Shown: in pieces, positions 13,085-26,075 of the stretch
Numbering within the stretch: position 1 is the stretch's first letter
Layout of the letters: each line of letters begins with the position of its first letter
Source: Vicugna vicugna
Lineage: Eukaryota
Reading direction: 5' to 3'
DNA length: 64,000 nt
Assembly: GCA_013265495.1 (NCBI GenBank)
Contig: MU058781.1
Span: 11,763,009 to 11,827,008 of the forward strand
Made by a program: the position numbers and the translations under genes
The notes under the pieces: generated by a model
What the model saw: only the letters and a program-made list of their open reading frames with translations
Database searches by the model: none
Told to the model about the DNA's origin: nothing

Positions 13085-13360
13085 TATCCTCTATACCATA
13101 TGTGACACACACATATATATAAAATGCCTCTATATCATATATAACATTATATATGTTATATGTAATATCATATATAATGCCTCTACATCATATAGCATAT
13201 ATGATGTTATATATAATATAACATGATATTATGCATTTAACATGTAATATACGCAATGTGTCTGTCATACGTAACATGTTACATATTATTTGTAATTTAT
13301 ATTATTTATAATCATATTATATATTGCCTCTATATCATATAAAACATATATCATATATTT
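13085..13360. repeat. Degenerate AT-rich micro/minisatellite
   Basis: (TA)-rich text with a recurring gcctctatatcatat-like anchor, about 4 copies. Confidence 0.8.
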
Positions 13361-15402
13361 ACATACTACTCAACAACTACAAAATATACATTATTTTCCA
13401 GTGCACATGAAACAGTTACAATATCTGATCATACACAGGCTGAATCTCAACTAATCTCAAAGGAATGATATATAGAGATACAATATGACATATATTATAA
13501 TGCAACTAAGCTCAGAATCAAAATCAAAATGATAACTAAAATTTACTGTTGGAAATTAAGAAACATATTTAAATAACATATTGGTCATAAATAAATATTA
13601 ATAGATGAGAATTATTAGAACTAGGTTCTAATGAAAATATGTATATCAAACCTGTGGGATTCATTGAAGCAATATTTAGAGATAAATGTTGACATTAGAA
13701 GAGAAGAAAATCTGAAATTTAATGAGCTAAATATTAATTCTGAGAAGTTAGAAAAAGAACTGCAAAAAAATAGAGAAAAAAGAGAAAGAACATAATAAAG
13801 AGCAGAACTAAAATAGAAAATTAATATAAAATGGAGATAACCTACTCAAAATAATCTCTTCAAAAATTAGTTCTTTGAAGAGGTCAAAACAAAAGAAAAA
13901 TATCTAATAATATTATTGGTCAAGAAAAAAAAGATACAAATCACCATTATCAGGAAGAAAGAAGGTGATATACAATGAATGCTGTAGACATTAAAAAGAC
14001 AACTTAATATGATAAAAATCTTTCTGCCAATAAATATAAACATATAGAGGAAATGGATAAAATCCTAGAACAGTATTAAATCTAGTATATTCCATCAAGA
14101 TTCAATTACATAATATATAAATTAAACCCTACACAAATAGTGACACTAAAATATCAAGGGTAGGAAGACTTAGTGGTTAAGGTATCATTTCTCCAAACTG
14201 ATCCGTGATGCAATAGATTCAATGCATTTCCAATCATAATTCCACTAAGCTTTTTATAGAAATTGACAAGTTTATTTTAAGATGTATATGGAAATTCAAA
14301 TAACTAAAATAGCCAAAGCAATCTTGAAAAAGAAGAATAAAGTTGGAGGACTTATTCTTGACTTCAAAACTTTATTATGAAGCTCCAGAATCAAGACTAT
14401 AGTACCAGTAAAGGATTGAGAAATTAGGTTGATACAACAGAATAGAAGCCATTTGTTATTTTTCAATAAACAGTACTAGAACAGATGAATGCTTACATGG
14501 GGGAAAAATTAACCTCTATCCCTACCTCACACCACATACAAAAGTTTATCTGAGGTAAAACAGAGACCTAAACTTAAACATTAAACTATGATGCTTTAAG
14601 AAGAAAGCACAGAAAGTAACCTTAGGACTTGGAGGTACACACAGATATCTTAGAAATGGTACAGAATGCATAACCATAGAAAAGAAATTAACAAATTAGA
14701 CTTCATCAAAAAATTTTAAACTTCTACTTAACAAAAGACATGGTTAAGAAAAATGAATAGACATGCTACCTACTAAGGGAAAATATTTGCAAAATACACA
14801 TTGATGAAAAACTCCTGTCCATCGTATACAACTCAAGAATCCCGACAACTCAAGAATAAAAGTTAAGGAATCCAACTTTAAAAAACAGGCAAAATATTTG
14901 AACAGACATTTTATCAAAAAAGATAAACCATTGGCCGATGACCACATGAAACTGTTCAACATCACTAGTCATCAGAGAAATGTAAATTAAAACCAAAAAT
15001 GAGTAGGAAACAAGAGCATCAAGAATAACTCATATATTTCCACTTCCGGCCAAGATGAAGTAATAGGAACCAGATTTACCCTCTTGTTTGAAACAACTAA
15101 AAAAAGGGGGGGGGGGTAAAATTATGTGAAAGAACAATTCTCAAAACAAGTAAGACAGCAAAGAATGATGATCTCCAAGAAACAGAAAACAGATAAGGTA
15201 AGCCGAATGACTGCCCCAGCTTACTGCTCAGAGAATTTCCAGGTTGCAGAGAAAGGAAGGGACACCTTTCTGGAAGTCTCCCTGAGGTGAGGAAACAGCT
15301 GAGGGGCTGGAGAATTTGAGGCGTTAGGGTTTGTGGGGCAGAATACCAAGGCAAGAGCCCTGTACCGAGAGAGAACTTGGAGTATTCAGCCAAGTATTCA
15401 TC

Positions 15403-15406
<4 letters not shown>

Positions 15407-15451
<45 letters not shown>
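15407..15451. repeat. (TG)n microsatellite, about 22 units
   Basis: Uninterrupted tgtgtg run. Confidence 0.97.
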
Positions 15452-15456
<5 letters not shown>

Positions 15457-16227
15457 GCCCAAGGGCAGGGAAAGAGCCACTCATGTGATTTCAAGAAACA
15501 ATAACCAGCCCTTACAAAGCCGTGGGAATGGTATAAATCTGTGAATCTGACTCCTTTAAACGTCATGCTTCATGAAGAACAATCTCTGTATCTCAAACCT
15601 TAGCACTTAGAAGGTCTCCAAAAATGTCAGTAGGGTTGAAGTGCTAATTTTCAGCAATGCATTTCAACAGGTCAGAGTCAACTGTGGACCAAGCATTACT
15701 GGTACATTAATGTCACATGACCCACCACAAAGTGTTACTTAGGTAAAGTTAAAGTGTGAATAGCTCTCTGTACTCTTCAAATCTCACCACCACTGCCCTC
15801 AACCCACATCAGCCTTCCCTAACCCCATGCCTGCCAGCTTCCTGAGTGTTCCTCTTGGCCTGCCACTTCCAAGTTCTGAGACTTCTCACTTCCACTTCCC
15901 ATCAATTCCGTCGTCTGTACTAATGCGTGATAAGCTACGAATCAAGTGTCTTCACTCCTGGTACTCTCCATCTTCCCTTTCCAACACCCTCTGTCTCCTG
16001 ACAGAATGTATTTCGTCTAGTAATTGAAGTCTCCTGGAGACACAAAAATCCTAACACAGGAAGGGCGGCAGTGGTAGAAATCGCTAGTTCTCTGGCAGAC
16101 ACTAACAGGAAGACTTTGGAGCAAGCAAGTCCTGACCATGCCCCTTAAATCCCATCTTCTTTTTCCTCTGCGTAGAGCCCACCCCTGAGAAGATTCCAAA
16201 CTGAATACTCAGAACATCTCAGAGATG

Positions 16228-16347
16228 AGGGAGGGTAACAGCTCAGTGGTAGAGGGCATGCTTAGCAGGCACAAGGTCCTGGGTTCAATGCCAGTACCTC
16301 CATTAAAAAAATTCAAAATAAAAATAAAATCAATTAATTTAAAAAAG
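16228..16347 (+). mobile_element. tRNA-Ala-derived SINE (camelid Vic-1-like)
   Basis: Head gctcagtggtagag...cttagcaggcacaaggtcctgggttcaatgccagtacctcca plus A-rich tail; TSD agaaca(t/c)ctcagag at 16211-16224 and 16348-16361. Confidence 0.9.
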
Positions 16348-17984
16348 AGAACACCTCAGAGTACTTCATGGAAAATGCTCCATGTGTTTGGGGAAGGAAG
16401 GCTAGAAGGAGGCAGGAATAAAGACATTTCATTCAGCAAATACTAATCGAGTATCTTCTACATACTGGGCACTGCTCTACATTTGGGTGATAAAGGAGTG
16501 AACAAGTGCTTTTGTTCCCTTTACTCTAGTGGTCCTCAAAATTTCCCCACCATGGAAATATTTTACCTAGGAACTCTGAGTTTATATTTTCAAAAAATTC
16601 CCCCGATTATTTTGGGTATCAGCCAGTTTGAGGAACCACTGTGGAAGCAGCAATTTGAGATGGTCCTTATCAATGAAAAAACAGTCCGCACTACCCACTG
16701 CTGTTGACTTTTAGAAAACAGTTTTACTAAATAACTAGGTGCTACTCTTTCCTTGTGTGTTATACCTGCATCTAGGATCTGTCTGAGGCAAGTGTGAAGT
16801 GGGTGTTGTTGGCCTTTGGTGTCCCCTTTCCCCCAAACACCTAGGGGTCTCCTGATCCTCTCTGTATGTCCACGGCTTATGTAATCAGGTGCCACCTGCA
16901 CCCTTGAGGAAGTACTCCAATTTCCAGCTGTTTATCAAGCCACTCTCCACCTGCCCATCAATTATATAACATGTATAGAGGACCATTGATAAGTCAAGTG
17001 TGTTCTTACTGATTTCTGAATATTTTATTATGTAATCCTAAAAATGCACTCTATGTAGTAGGCATGATTATCTCTACTTCATAGATGAGGACAGGGAGAC
17101 ACAGAGAGAGAACATATTCCGTGGCCATTGATAGTAACAGTGAGGTCAGTCATTCTTTATGTCTTAACATGGCTTTCCATCTCTCTACTGCGCCTCCACC
17201 GTAATGGTTGAGATCCCAAGGTTCGGGATTGGGAGAGAGAGGGAGGAAGGGAGAGGAGAGGAGGGGGGGCAGTGGAGGGGAGAGGGGCTTCAAATCTGCC
17301 TCTCCCACTTACTCGCTAAATGAACTTCACCTCTTGGAGCCTCAGTTTCTCCATCTGTTACAGTGAAACACTCCACAATGCCTACGCTACGCAGATTGTG
17401 GAGTATAAGTGAGCTTATGAAGATCAAGTTTCTAGAACTGCCTTTGCCGCACAGTCGGCTGTCATTAGCGATGGTCGTTAGCAGCCCCGTAACGGTCTGC
17501 ATATCCTGCTTTGGTTTTCTTCACAGTTTGTATCGGTATTTGACATTATATTATGCATTTATATATTATTATCTCTCTGTCCCACTAGATCTGAAGCTCC
17601 ATAAGAGGAGGAAATTTTGCTTTGTTCGCCTCTATCCATGGTACTTCCAGTAAGACCTGGCTCCCAGTAGGCACACCACAAATATTTATTAAGAGAGTGG
17701 TTGTTATGGCCGTAATTATCCCCATCACACCCCACTGCATGCATAGTAGTTGCCTTTTAAATGTTTGCCATGTGGTTTGTAGCAAATGGAAATGAAAGCT
17801 TTCACCATCATACTGTGCTGCCTTCCACCTCGAGTAAATTGAATGAATAGATGACCTCCTGGCTGGGATAGCATATTTGAAGATACAGATCACAAAAATA
17901 AAGAGAGTCCCTCATTTAAATTTATCATAAATGACACAGTGTGTCGTCTACCCCGGCTTCTATGAACAAAAATTGAATGTCACA

Positions 17985-18084
17985 GGGGAAGGGTAGAGCT
18001 CGGTGGTAGAGTGTATCTTAGCATGCATGAAGTCCTGGTTTCAATCCCCAGTACCGATATTAAAAAAATAATTAAATAAAAAAA
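17985..18084 (+). mobile_element. tRNA-Ala-derived SINE
   Basis: Same tRNA-like head with A/B boxes and A-rich tail. Confidence 0.88.
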
Positions 18085-18950
18085 TTTTATTTTTTTTTAT
18101 GCTTTGCTTGAATTCCTTTGGCTCCATGATCATTTTCCAAAATCAACTTATGCCTCATCAATATGATCTATTTGATTATATCTATGACTTAGAACTATAT
18201 AATCCTGAGACTAAAAAAAATGCATCCGAATTTTACACATCAAAACATGTGATACTCTTTCTGTGACCCTTATTGTAAAAGTGCTTTTGTTACTTTAAGG
18301 AATTGAGTGTTTGTGATCATCTGAACTAGGTTATCAGATACAAAGGAAAAAAATTTTAAAGCTTTATATGTTGTAAAAGTACATGTATATATATTGTAAA
18401 AGAAAAGAGTATAAGAGTGTTTAAGATAAAGTCAAATCCCCCTTTGTTTCATCCTTGTCATTCTACCCCTAGAGGCAGCCACTGATGACAATTTAGTATT
18501 TATTTTTCTAAACATGAAAAACAGTTACCTTGATCCACTCTCCTCAGCTGACACTAAATAGCCACTTAAAAATTTTAACTGTTCTTTTTCAAAAATTTTC
18601 TACTACAGAGAATCTCAAACACACACAAAAGCAGACAAAATAATATAACCTCCTATGTACCCATTATCCAGCCCAACAACCATCAACTCACAGCCAACCC
18701 ATGGCTCATTCAAACTCCCATCCACCTACCCTCAACCAAATATTATTTGAAAGCAAATTCCTTACATCACCCATATGTGTTAAATGAATCTTTAAAAGGA
18801 ATGACCTTTTAAAAAAACAAAATTATAGCCAATATTTTACCTAAAACATTCCTTAATATTATTAAATATCCCATGTTCAAATTCCCAACTGTCTCATAAT
18901 TGTAACAAATTGAGGGCTTTTTTAAGCATTAAAAAATTCAGAATCTACTA

Positions 18951-19088
18951 GGGGAGGGTATAGCTCAAGTGGTAGAGCACGTGCCTAGCATGCACAAGGT
19001 CCTGGGTTCAATGCCCAGTACCTCCTCTTAAATAAATAAACCTAATTACCTCCCTCCCAGAGCCAAAAATTAAAAGAAAGAAAGAAAA
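18951..19088 (+). mobile_element. tRNA-Ala-derived SINE
   Basis: ggggagggtatagctcaagtggtagag...gtcctgggttcaatgcccagtacctcc, then aataaacctaattacctccc tail; imperfect TSD attcag(a/g)atcta. Confidence 0.92.
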
Positions 19089-20114
19089 GACATTCAGGAT
19101 CTAAACAAGCTTCCCACCTTATGACTGGTTGATGTATCTTTAAGTCTCTTTTCATTAACAGACTCCCATCTCTTTTCCACTTAAAATGTATGTGTAGAAG
19201 AAACCAAGGTTTTTGGTCCTTGCAGTGTTACACCATCTGGACCTTACAGATTACATCCCTGTGGTATAATTAACGTGTCCCTCTGACTTACACATTTCCC
19301 TTAGTTGGCTCTAGAGGTTTGATTAGATTCAAGTCTAGTTTGTTTATGAGTGTTGCGTAGGTAATGCTTTGTTTCTTCTATCAGGATGCCCATGATGTCA
19401 GGCTTACTCTTTTTTTTTTTATTGTTTACTGCAGGAACTTAATATATTAATGTGCATTATGAATCATCAAGGAAGAAAGGATACTGTGTTCCACATTCCC
19501 CAAACTTAATTAAGATTAAAATATTTTTTGGCAGAACATCGAATAGAGACAATAGTTAGCACAACATGCTTTGAGAAATGTTACCCTGTATTAATTGATT
19601 AAAGCTTTTCACCTCCAGAGAAGTCAGACTCTGCCTTTTTGTGATGTCTGCAACCTTTGATGTTCAGTACTGTGATTCATTATTTCATTAGGGGCTTGCA
19701 AGATGGAAAAATTCTATCATTCCCTTTTCATACATTAACTGTAATCCTTTTGTAAGATAACTTTTCCTTTATTGGCTACTTAGTTACCCAGTTGTACAGC
19801 TTGTAAAGGAACAGGAGGATAAATGCATGATTTTTTCCCCAATCCTCCAATTTCTTTTTAGCATCACTTTGAACTCATTGAGTTTAATGTGTTTGATGAG
19901 TTTGAATCTACTCCAGTTATTAATCTTATTAATGCTCAAATCATCCCATCTTGGCCAATGGGAATCCTTTCGAATTGACTTCTGTGAGTCATTTTGAGAT
20001 GATCCCAATAGTATTTGACAGCTCCCTGCCTCTGATATGAAAAGATCTTCCATGTTCATCTTGTAGATTTTCTGCTCCAGACCTCCCATCGACTATTTCT
20101 CCTAAAAGCTTTGG

Positions 20115-20172
20115 ATTCTTCTTCTCCTTCTTCTCCTTCTCCTTCTCCTTCTCCTTCTTCTTCTTCTTCTTT
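20115..20172. repeat. (CTT)/(CTCCTT) simple repeat
   Basis: ttcttcttctccttcttctccttctcc... run. Confidence 0.9.
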
Positions 20173-23157
20173 TAGAAATAGTGCCTGGAAACCACAATCT
20201 AAATGCTAGAGGTACGACCACTCTTAAAAGATGTCAATCTGCTCACATATTTGGGGTGCTGTAAAGAATTTTCTGCAAACTGTATGCAGTCCTAAAAACA
20301 CTTGATTATTTAAGAATGAATCATCTGGATCTTTTGCTTCTTATAATTGCTTACATATCTGTGTCCTTTCTGAGGCTAGGAGTTTCAGAAGTATGACCTC
20401 TCCTTCACCAGTCTGTGACCTGAAGTTTGTACCATGCTAGACACTCAGAATATATTCATTGGATGAGAAAAATCAGGTTTTAGTTGTGGAAAGAGACTAC
20501 CAATAAGGAGTGTCACAAATATGAGAAGAAATGACTGCATAATTAGAATAACCCAATAGCCTGTGAGGTCATGATTTTAATCAGTTTAATATTTGCTTGG
20601 CTGTTTAAGCTCACGTATGTTTGTAGAAAAGCAATTACTTTACAGGCTTATCTTCTATTTTTTAAAAAGCACTTCTGTGAAAAGATGCAAGTCTTAATCT
20701 TCTACTTCAGGTCATCTTCACCTGAGCACTTTAACCTAAGATAATTGTCAAATAGAGATAAACATGGGCAAGGCAGGTCTGAGAAAACAGCTGATAAGTG
20801 TGTGTATTAATAGGGCTGGGAGTAATGGAGGCCCTGTCCCTCTCTGTTGGGGAAGGAGCTTGGCAGGGGCGGGGTGGGGTTGGAACGACAGGTTTGTTGC
20901 GACTTACGGGGCCATTGGTTGGTGGGTGAAGGAGCACAGGCATGGGAGGTACTTGGGAAGTTGCAGGTTGCTCCTGGACAGTTTGGAGCCTTTGAATGGG
21001 CGGGGTGGGATCTGAGGCACAGGCGTTGGTAGGAGGCTGGAGAGGTGAGAGAGGTGGATCTGGCTGTTGTTGGAGCAGGGAATGGATGGGTATAAAAAAC
21101 TGGCCTTTCTTCCTCTGTCTCCCTCTCCTTCCTCTTCTAACTTTCTGCTGAAGTTTGCTCATGCAAGCCCCATCTTTGCTCTGTCTCCCCCACTCTCTCT
21201 TCTGTTCCTCATGCTGGCCAACAGCTTCTTTCTCCAAGAGCCCTTAATTGGCCATAACTTGGAATACAGGAATGAGAATTTTTTGCTTACTAATGGGAAA
21301 ACCCAGCTCTGGCTACCTCCAGCAAAAGAAATACTAGGAGAAAACTGATAGCTCTAAAAATCACTCGGCAAGATAAGAGAATCCCTCTTGGAAGTTGGCA
21401 GGACCCAGGGTAGCTCTGGGAGCAAGAAAGTAGGAGCTAAAGGATCAGTCTCCTGGTAGGAACTGTCTGGTCAAGGATGTCTGGGATAAACCATTGGTCA
21501 GAATCTCAAAAGAGAGCTTGCTTTGCCAAGGTCAGGAGAGGAAGTGACAGGCAGCCCCCTGGACTTATCGTGTGTCGATAGGGGAGAAGCGTTTGAAACT
21601 GGTGGTCCAGTTAGGAAGAAGGAATGGTGCTGGTCAGCCAAAAAGAAAAAAAAAAACTTCTTTTTTAACTCAAAGATGTCAACTTATTATTTTTTCTTTG
21701 AAAAATGAATAAATATGAAAACACAATGTTAATAAATATTATAACAACACTATTTATTGCTTTTAATCAGTGTGCCAAAAATTATGTCATTCATTGTCAA
21801 TTTTTCTATTTCAATTTTCTATTTCTTACAGTAAAGCTGGAAGTTAGGCATGGTGATTTTACCTGTAACTGATGCTCAGGAAGGTTAAATGGTAAGGTCA
21901 CACAGCTAGTAATCAGCAGAGATGAGATTTGAGTCCAGGTCTACTGACCAATCACTATTCCATGCTGCCTGTTTGATACCTCCCATCAGGATTAGTTTCT
22001 CTCTCCCTTAAAGACTAATATCAGTTTTGACACAGCTTTATTTATCATGTATTGCAATATGAATTTGGGCATGTTTATTTCTTACTCATTATTACTATCA
22101 TAATTAGTTAGTCATTCAAATTTTATGATTTCTTTCTTGAATGTTTAAAGTTTACGTTTGCTGTTAATTTTTTAAAAAATCTTTTTAATTAAAAGTTTGT
22201 GCCCTGGTTTGGTTTCATTTTCTCCCATGAGCCCGTGACCTTAAGAATACAAAGCTCCTCAGCCCTGGACTAAGGCCAAGAGTGAAAAATTCCATTATTA
22301 ATAATAGCAGTCAACCCTAATAAAGTGCCCTCTTCCCTTTCCCAAGTCCTTTCACAGCCTCTCTCTGCCCCCAGGGAAATAATCAGTCACCAAGACCAAA
22401 TTGTTTGTTTACCTTATTATAGAAAATTTCACAAAAGTAGAAAGAATGATCTAATCAACTCCCTTGATCCAACTTAGACAGATCATTTGTCCCCACACAC
22501 CCACCCACACGTACACACGCGCACAGGGTTCTCTCCTCCCCAGCTGTATGATCCTGAAGCTAACCCCAGACATGATTTCAGTATGTACCTCTAAAGTATA
22601 AGGATTCTAATCAACATAATTATAACATCACTACCGAGTCTAGCACATTTGTTTAAAATTCCTTAATGTCAAGTATCCAGTCAGTAGTCAGATTTCCCTA
22701 GTTGTCTTGTATATATTCTGGGTCAAATCAGGATCCAAACCTGGCCCATACATTACAGCCAAATTAAGGAGACATCTATAATTGTGCAACCTTTTACCAT
22801 CTCAATTTTATTTGAACACAGCTTTTTCAATTCCATTTTCTTTCGGGAATTAGACTCTAATTGGTTGGTAGTCTGAGCTTGTCTGACCCTGAAGCCGCCC
22901 TTCAAATTGCAAATGTGACATGACTGAGTTCCCCTTAGCCATACCTCCAGGTTAAGTAGGCCTATCTCGCAATTTAATTAAGGGAAACTAGCCAGGACTT
23001 TCTTTTTTTGTTTCTTTTCTGTGCTTTTATTATTTCTTTTAGTTGAGTGGAGAAAGCAGCAACTGTTCTCTAAAATGTAGAGCCTATTTATGGTAGCCTT
23101 GTTTATAATAACTTCAGTTTAGAACTACCCCAAATGTGCATCAGAAGGGGCGTGGCT

Positions 23158-23291
23158 GGGGGAGGGTGCAGCTCAGTGACAGAGTGTGTGCTTAGCATTC
23201 ACAAGGTCCTGGGTTCAATCCCCAGTACCTCCATTACAAAATAATAAATAAACAAACAAGCAAACAAATAAACAAATAAATAAATAAATAA
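23158..23291 (+). mobile_element. tRNA-Ala-derived SINE with (AAAC/AAAT)n tail
   Basis: Same head sequence; tail expanded into a tetranucleotide microsatellite. Confidence 0.9.
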
Positions 23292-25497
23292 GTTTTTACA
23301 TTAAATATTACACCTTGTACATCCAGGCACTCACATCCAAGATATCCTGGGTGGTGTTAAGCTGGGATTTGCTCTCTGATGTATGCCAAAATATGTTCAG
23401 ATTCAGAGTTCAGCAATTTGAGGATTGTACAAAGCACTAGACCAACTTGTCTGGTCCACATGGAATTCTTCCCTTGTTTGCAGTTCAATCTCTACTGAAA
23501 ATGGGGGACATGGAGGGTTGGAAGACTGCGGCACCTACAAAATCTAAATAAAAAGTTTTAAATTCAGCTCAGTTCTGGTACTATTTATCTGGGTTTTTCT
23601 TACAAACATCAAGGATTGTATTTCCTTCCTCACACCCAAACCAATTTGTTATAGCCATAATGAGTCAGATATTTGCCTCTTTGGGTTTGGAAATCATTGA
23701 AGTTATACATCTGCTTATATATCCCTACAGAGTGATGTAACTCTGGATAACATGATGTTTGCATAAAAATAAACAATACATTTGGGGACTTTATGTGGTT
23801 TTATGGATTCCCCTGAGAGGAAATTTTAGCAAATATGTTGGGCAATGTTCTTTTTCTCTGTATTAAAATTTGTTTCAAATTTCTGTGCTTGGATTGAATA
23901 ATCCATCATCAAAGATATTCAACTACCTTAATCAGGTATGTAATTCCTACCGATGAGTATCTGTGAATTGGCATATCAAAAATCTTCCACAAAAACTTGG
24001 AGGATTTTGTCTACTGTTTTCTTGATTCATTTTCTGATCAATCACCTACTGCTTTATGATATCTCTTTATTGTTTATTGACTAATTGTTTATCTCCTGCT
24101 TTGTCATTTAACCCATTAGAACTTTGCTCTCCATCAAATGACTAAAAGCAATGACTGTTTTTATTTACCTCTATGTCGAGCCAAATGTGGGCAAGGTAGC
24201 TGATACTTCCTGAGCTTTTGCTGCAAGGATGAATGGATGAATACCTGAATAGTCTGTAAGCTCCTGAAACATATGAGCTAACTATTCCAGCATCTTCCAC
24301 ATAGAGCTTACTAGATAAATACTTGTTACCCTGAAGGAGAATCTGAGTACATGCAAAACTAGAAAAGTGATTGTGTCTTGCTGCTTCTGCAGAATCGAAA
24401 ATTCACAAGAAATTCGCATCTGTTAGAGATGCATCCAAAATATATGTGAATGAAAAGGTTTGATGTTTCGGATCTGCTTCAAAATAATCAGGAGAAATAG
24501 AGGAGTATGTGTAAGCGGAGCTGAAACAGGATTAACTATGACTTCATAAAGTTGAAGCTTAGAGTACATTTGAAGATTTTCATAATAAAGTTTCATATAG
24601 TGAACTTCACTAGAGATATAGTTGTCTCACCTGTTTATGGATGTTTGCTTATGAACCCATTCTAGTTTGTGATGTTCTCTGTGGAAAAGAGGTACTATTT
24701 ATGGATTACATACTATAGCAAATATTCGTCAAGTTTTCTGGCAACTTTTTAACATTCCTCCTGCATTTGGGTAATTCCTCACCATTTGAGCCCCTGACTT
24801 CCCAATACAAAAGTCAGAAACTCACTTTTCCAGCCTCACTTGTGGCTGGGCTATATATATATGGGACCTGAACTCAGTCAGTCAGAAGTAGTCAGAAAAA
24901 CCATCAATTCAGAATAAGGAGGTGCTAGGAAGAGCTGTTCCTGGCAAGGGTGGTGCAGAGGCATTCAGCCTACAGGGGCAGAACTGGCCAGGAGCCCGGC
25001 CTTTGCATCTTATATCCAGGCCTGTGTCCAGGCACTGAAACGTTCAGTTGTATAATCTGGGCATTGCTCCTGGCTTCTTAACCTCTATGCCTGATTCTCT
25101 GGCCCTCCTAGTCCCTCGAATATTCTTTAACAAATGATTTTTACTGCTCACACTAACTCAAGTAGGTTTGCGACTAAATTCTCTGACTGGTAGATCTACC
25201 TCATGCTGGGTATTTGATATTTACTGTCCTATTGAAGCTGCAAACAACCCACTGAGGTTTGAAAAGGCAGGGGACTATTATGAAAAAACTTGTTGGAATG
25301 TATTATGTATACAAAGGGGAGTCACTAAATACCACTTTGAAAAGGAAGTTAGGGAGCTATAGCGTCAGTAGAGGAAAGCCAGAATTATTTCGGGACTTTC
25401 CCAACCAACACAGAGAAGACAAAAAGCAGCAGCAGCTGTTGTGGCCAAGCACAATTATTCTGGAAAGCCTCTGCAAAATAAAAACACAACTTTATTT

Positions 25498-25516
25498 TGG
25501 CCACCAGGGGGCGCAG
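25498..25516 (+). promoter_or_regulatory. CTCF binding motif, near-consensus
   Basis: tggccaccagggggcgcag matches the CTCF core consensus TGGCCACCAGGGGGCGC(TA) at 17 consecutive positions, in non-repeat sequence with its CpG retained. Confidence 0.75.
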
Positions 25517-25589
25517 CTAGCTCAAATGCCTGCCTCTCCCTAATGAGCATCATCAGTGTTATCCTTCATTTTAAACATAAATGAGCCCC

Positions 25590-26075
25590 TGTGGTAGGCA
25601 GAGTATTGGCCCCCAAAGGTATCTCCATTCCGATTCTGGGAACTATGAATAAATTAGGATCTAAGGCAAAGGGGAATTAAAGTTGCAGATGAAGTTAAAG
25701 TCAGCTGACCTTAAGATAGAGAGATTATCCTAGACTGTCCAGGTGGGTTCAATGGAATCACAAGGGTCCATAAACGTGGAAGAGGGAGGCAGAAGGGGAG
25801 TCCAGAGTGTGAGGTGAACTTGACCCGCCACTGCTGGATTTGAAGATAGAGGAAGGGACCACGAGCCAAGGAACGTGTGCAGCCTCGGAAGCTAGAAAAA
25901 GCGAGGTGGCAGATTCTCTCCTGGAGCCTCTAGAGAGGAACACAGCCTTGCCAACACCTGGATTTTATTCCAGTGAGATCCACGTTGGACTTCTAACCTA
26001 CAAAACTGTAGGACAGTAAATGTGTGTTGCTTCACTCACTAGTGGTAATCTGTTACAGCAATCATAGAAAGTTCA
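25590..26075 (+). mobile_element. MaLR LTR (MLT1D-like)
   Basis: tgtggtaggcagagtattggcccccaaag start; gattctctcctggagcctctagagaggaacacagccttgccaacacc core; gtggtaatctgttacagcaatcatagaaa end. Confidence 0.88.

Larger units (their letters stand above)
11150..15560 (+). mobile_element. Composite of degraded old L1M fragments (5'UTR, ORF2 EN and later ORF2 remnants) interrupted by later inserts
   Basis: Scattered L1 ORF2-like A-rich text (e.g. tagccaaagcaatcttgaaaaagaagaataaagttggagga near 14310) with stops and frameshifts; L1 5'-end motif cacttccggccaagatg near 15041. Confidence 0.8.
18590..20215 (-). mobile_element. Old L1M (ME/MC-type) 3' region remnants
   Basis: Similar to the 49700-50500 segment (gatgctcaaatcatcccatcttggccaatggga-like and gttcatcttgtagattttctgctccagacc motifs); boundaries approximate. 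Confidence 0.6.

Noticed and set aside
13085..13360. Recurring gcctctatatcatat motif with variable spacers, superficially CRISPR-like
   Set aside because: Spacers are degenerate TA microsatellite of irregular length in a mammalian L1 context, with no cas genes.
17230..17290. G-rich purine tract with G-quadruplex potential
   Set aside because: Low-complexity tract between MIR-like remnants; common, with no supporting context.
20731..21348. Cluster of overlapping ORFs (61-168 aa)
   Set aside because: Purine/pyrimidine-skewed sequence resembling L2/LTR remnants, with no coherent protein signal or splice structure.
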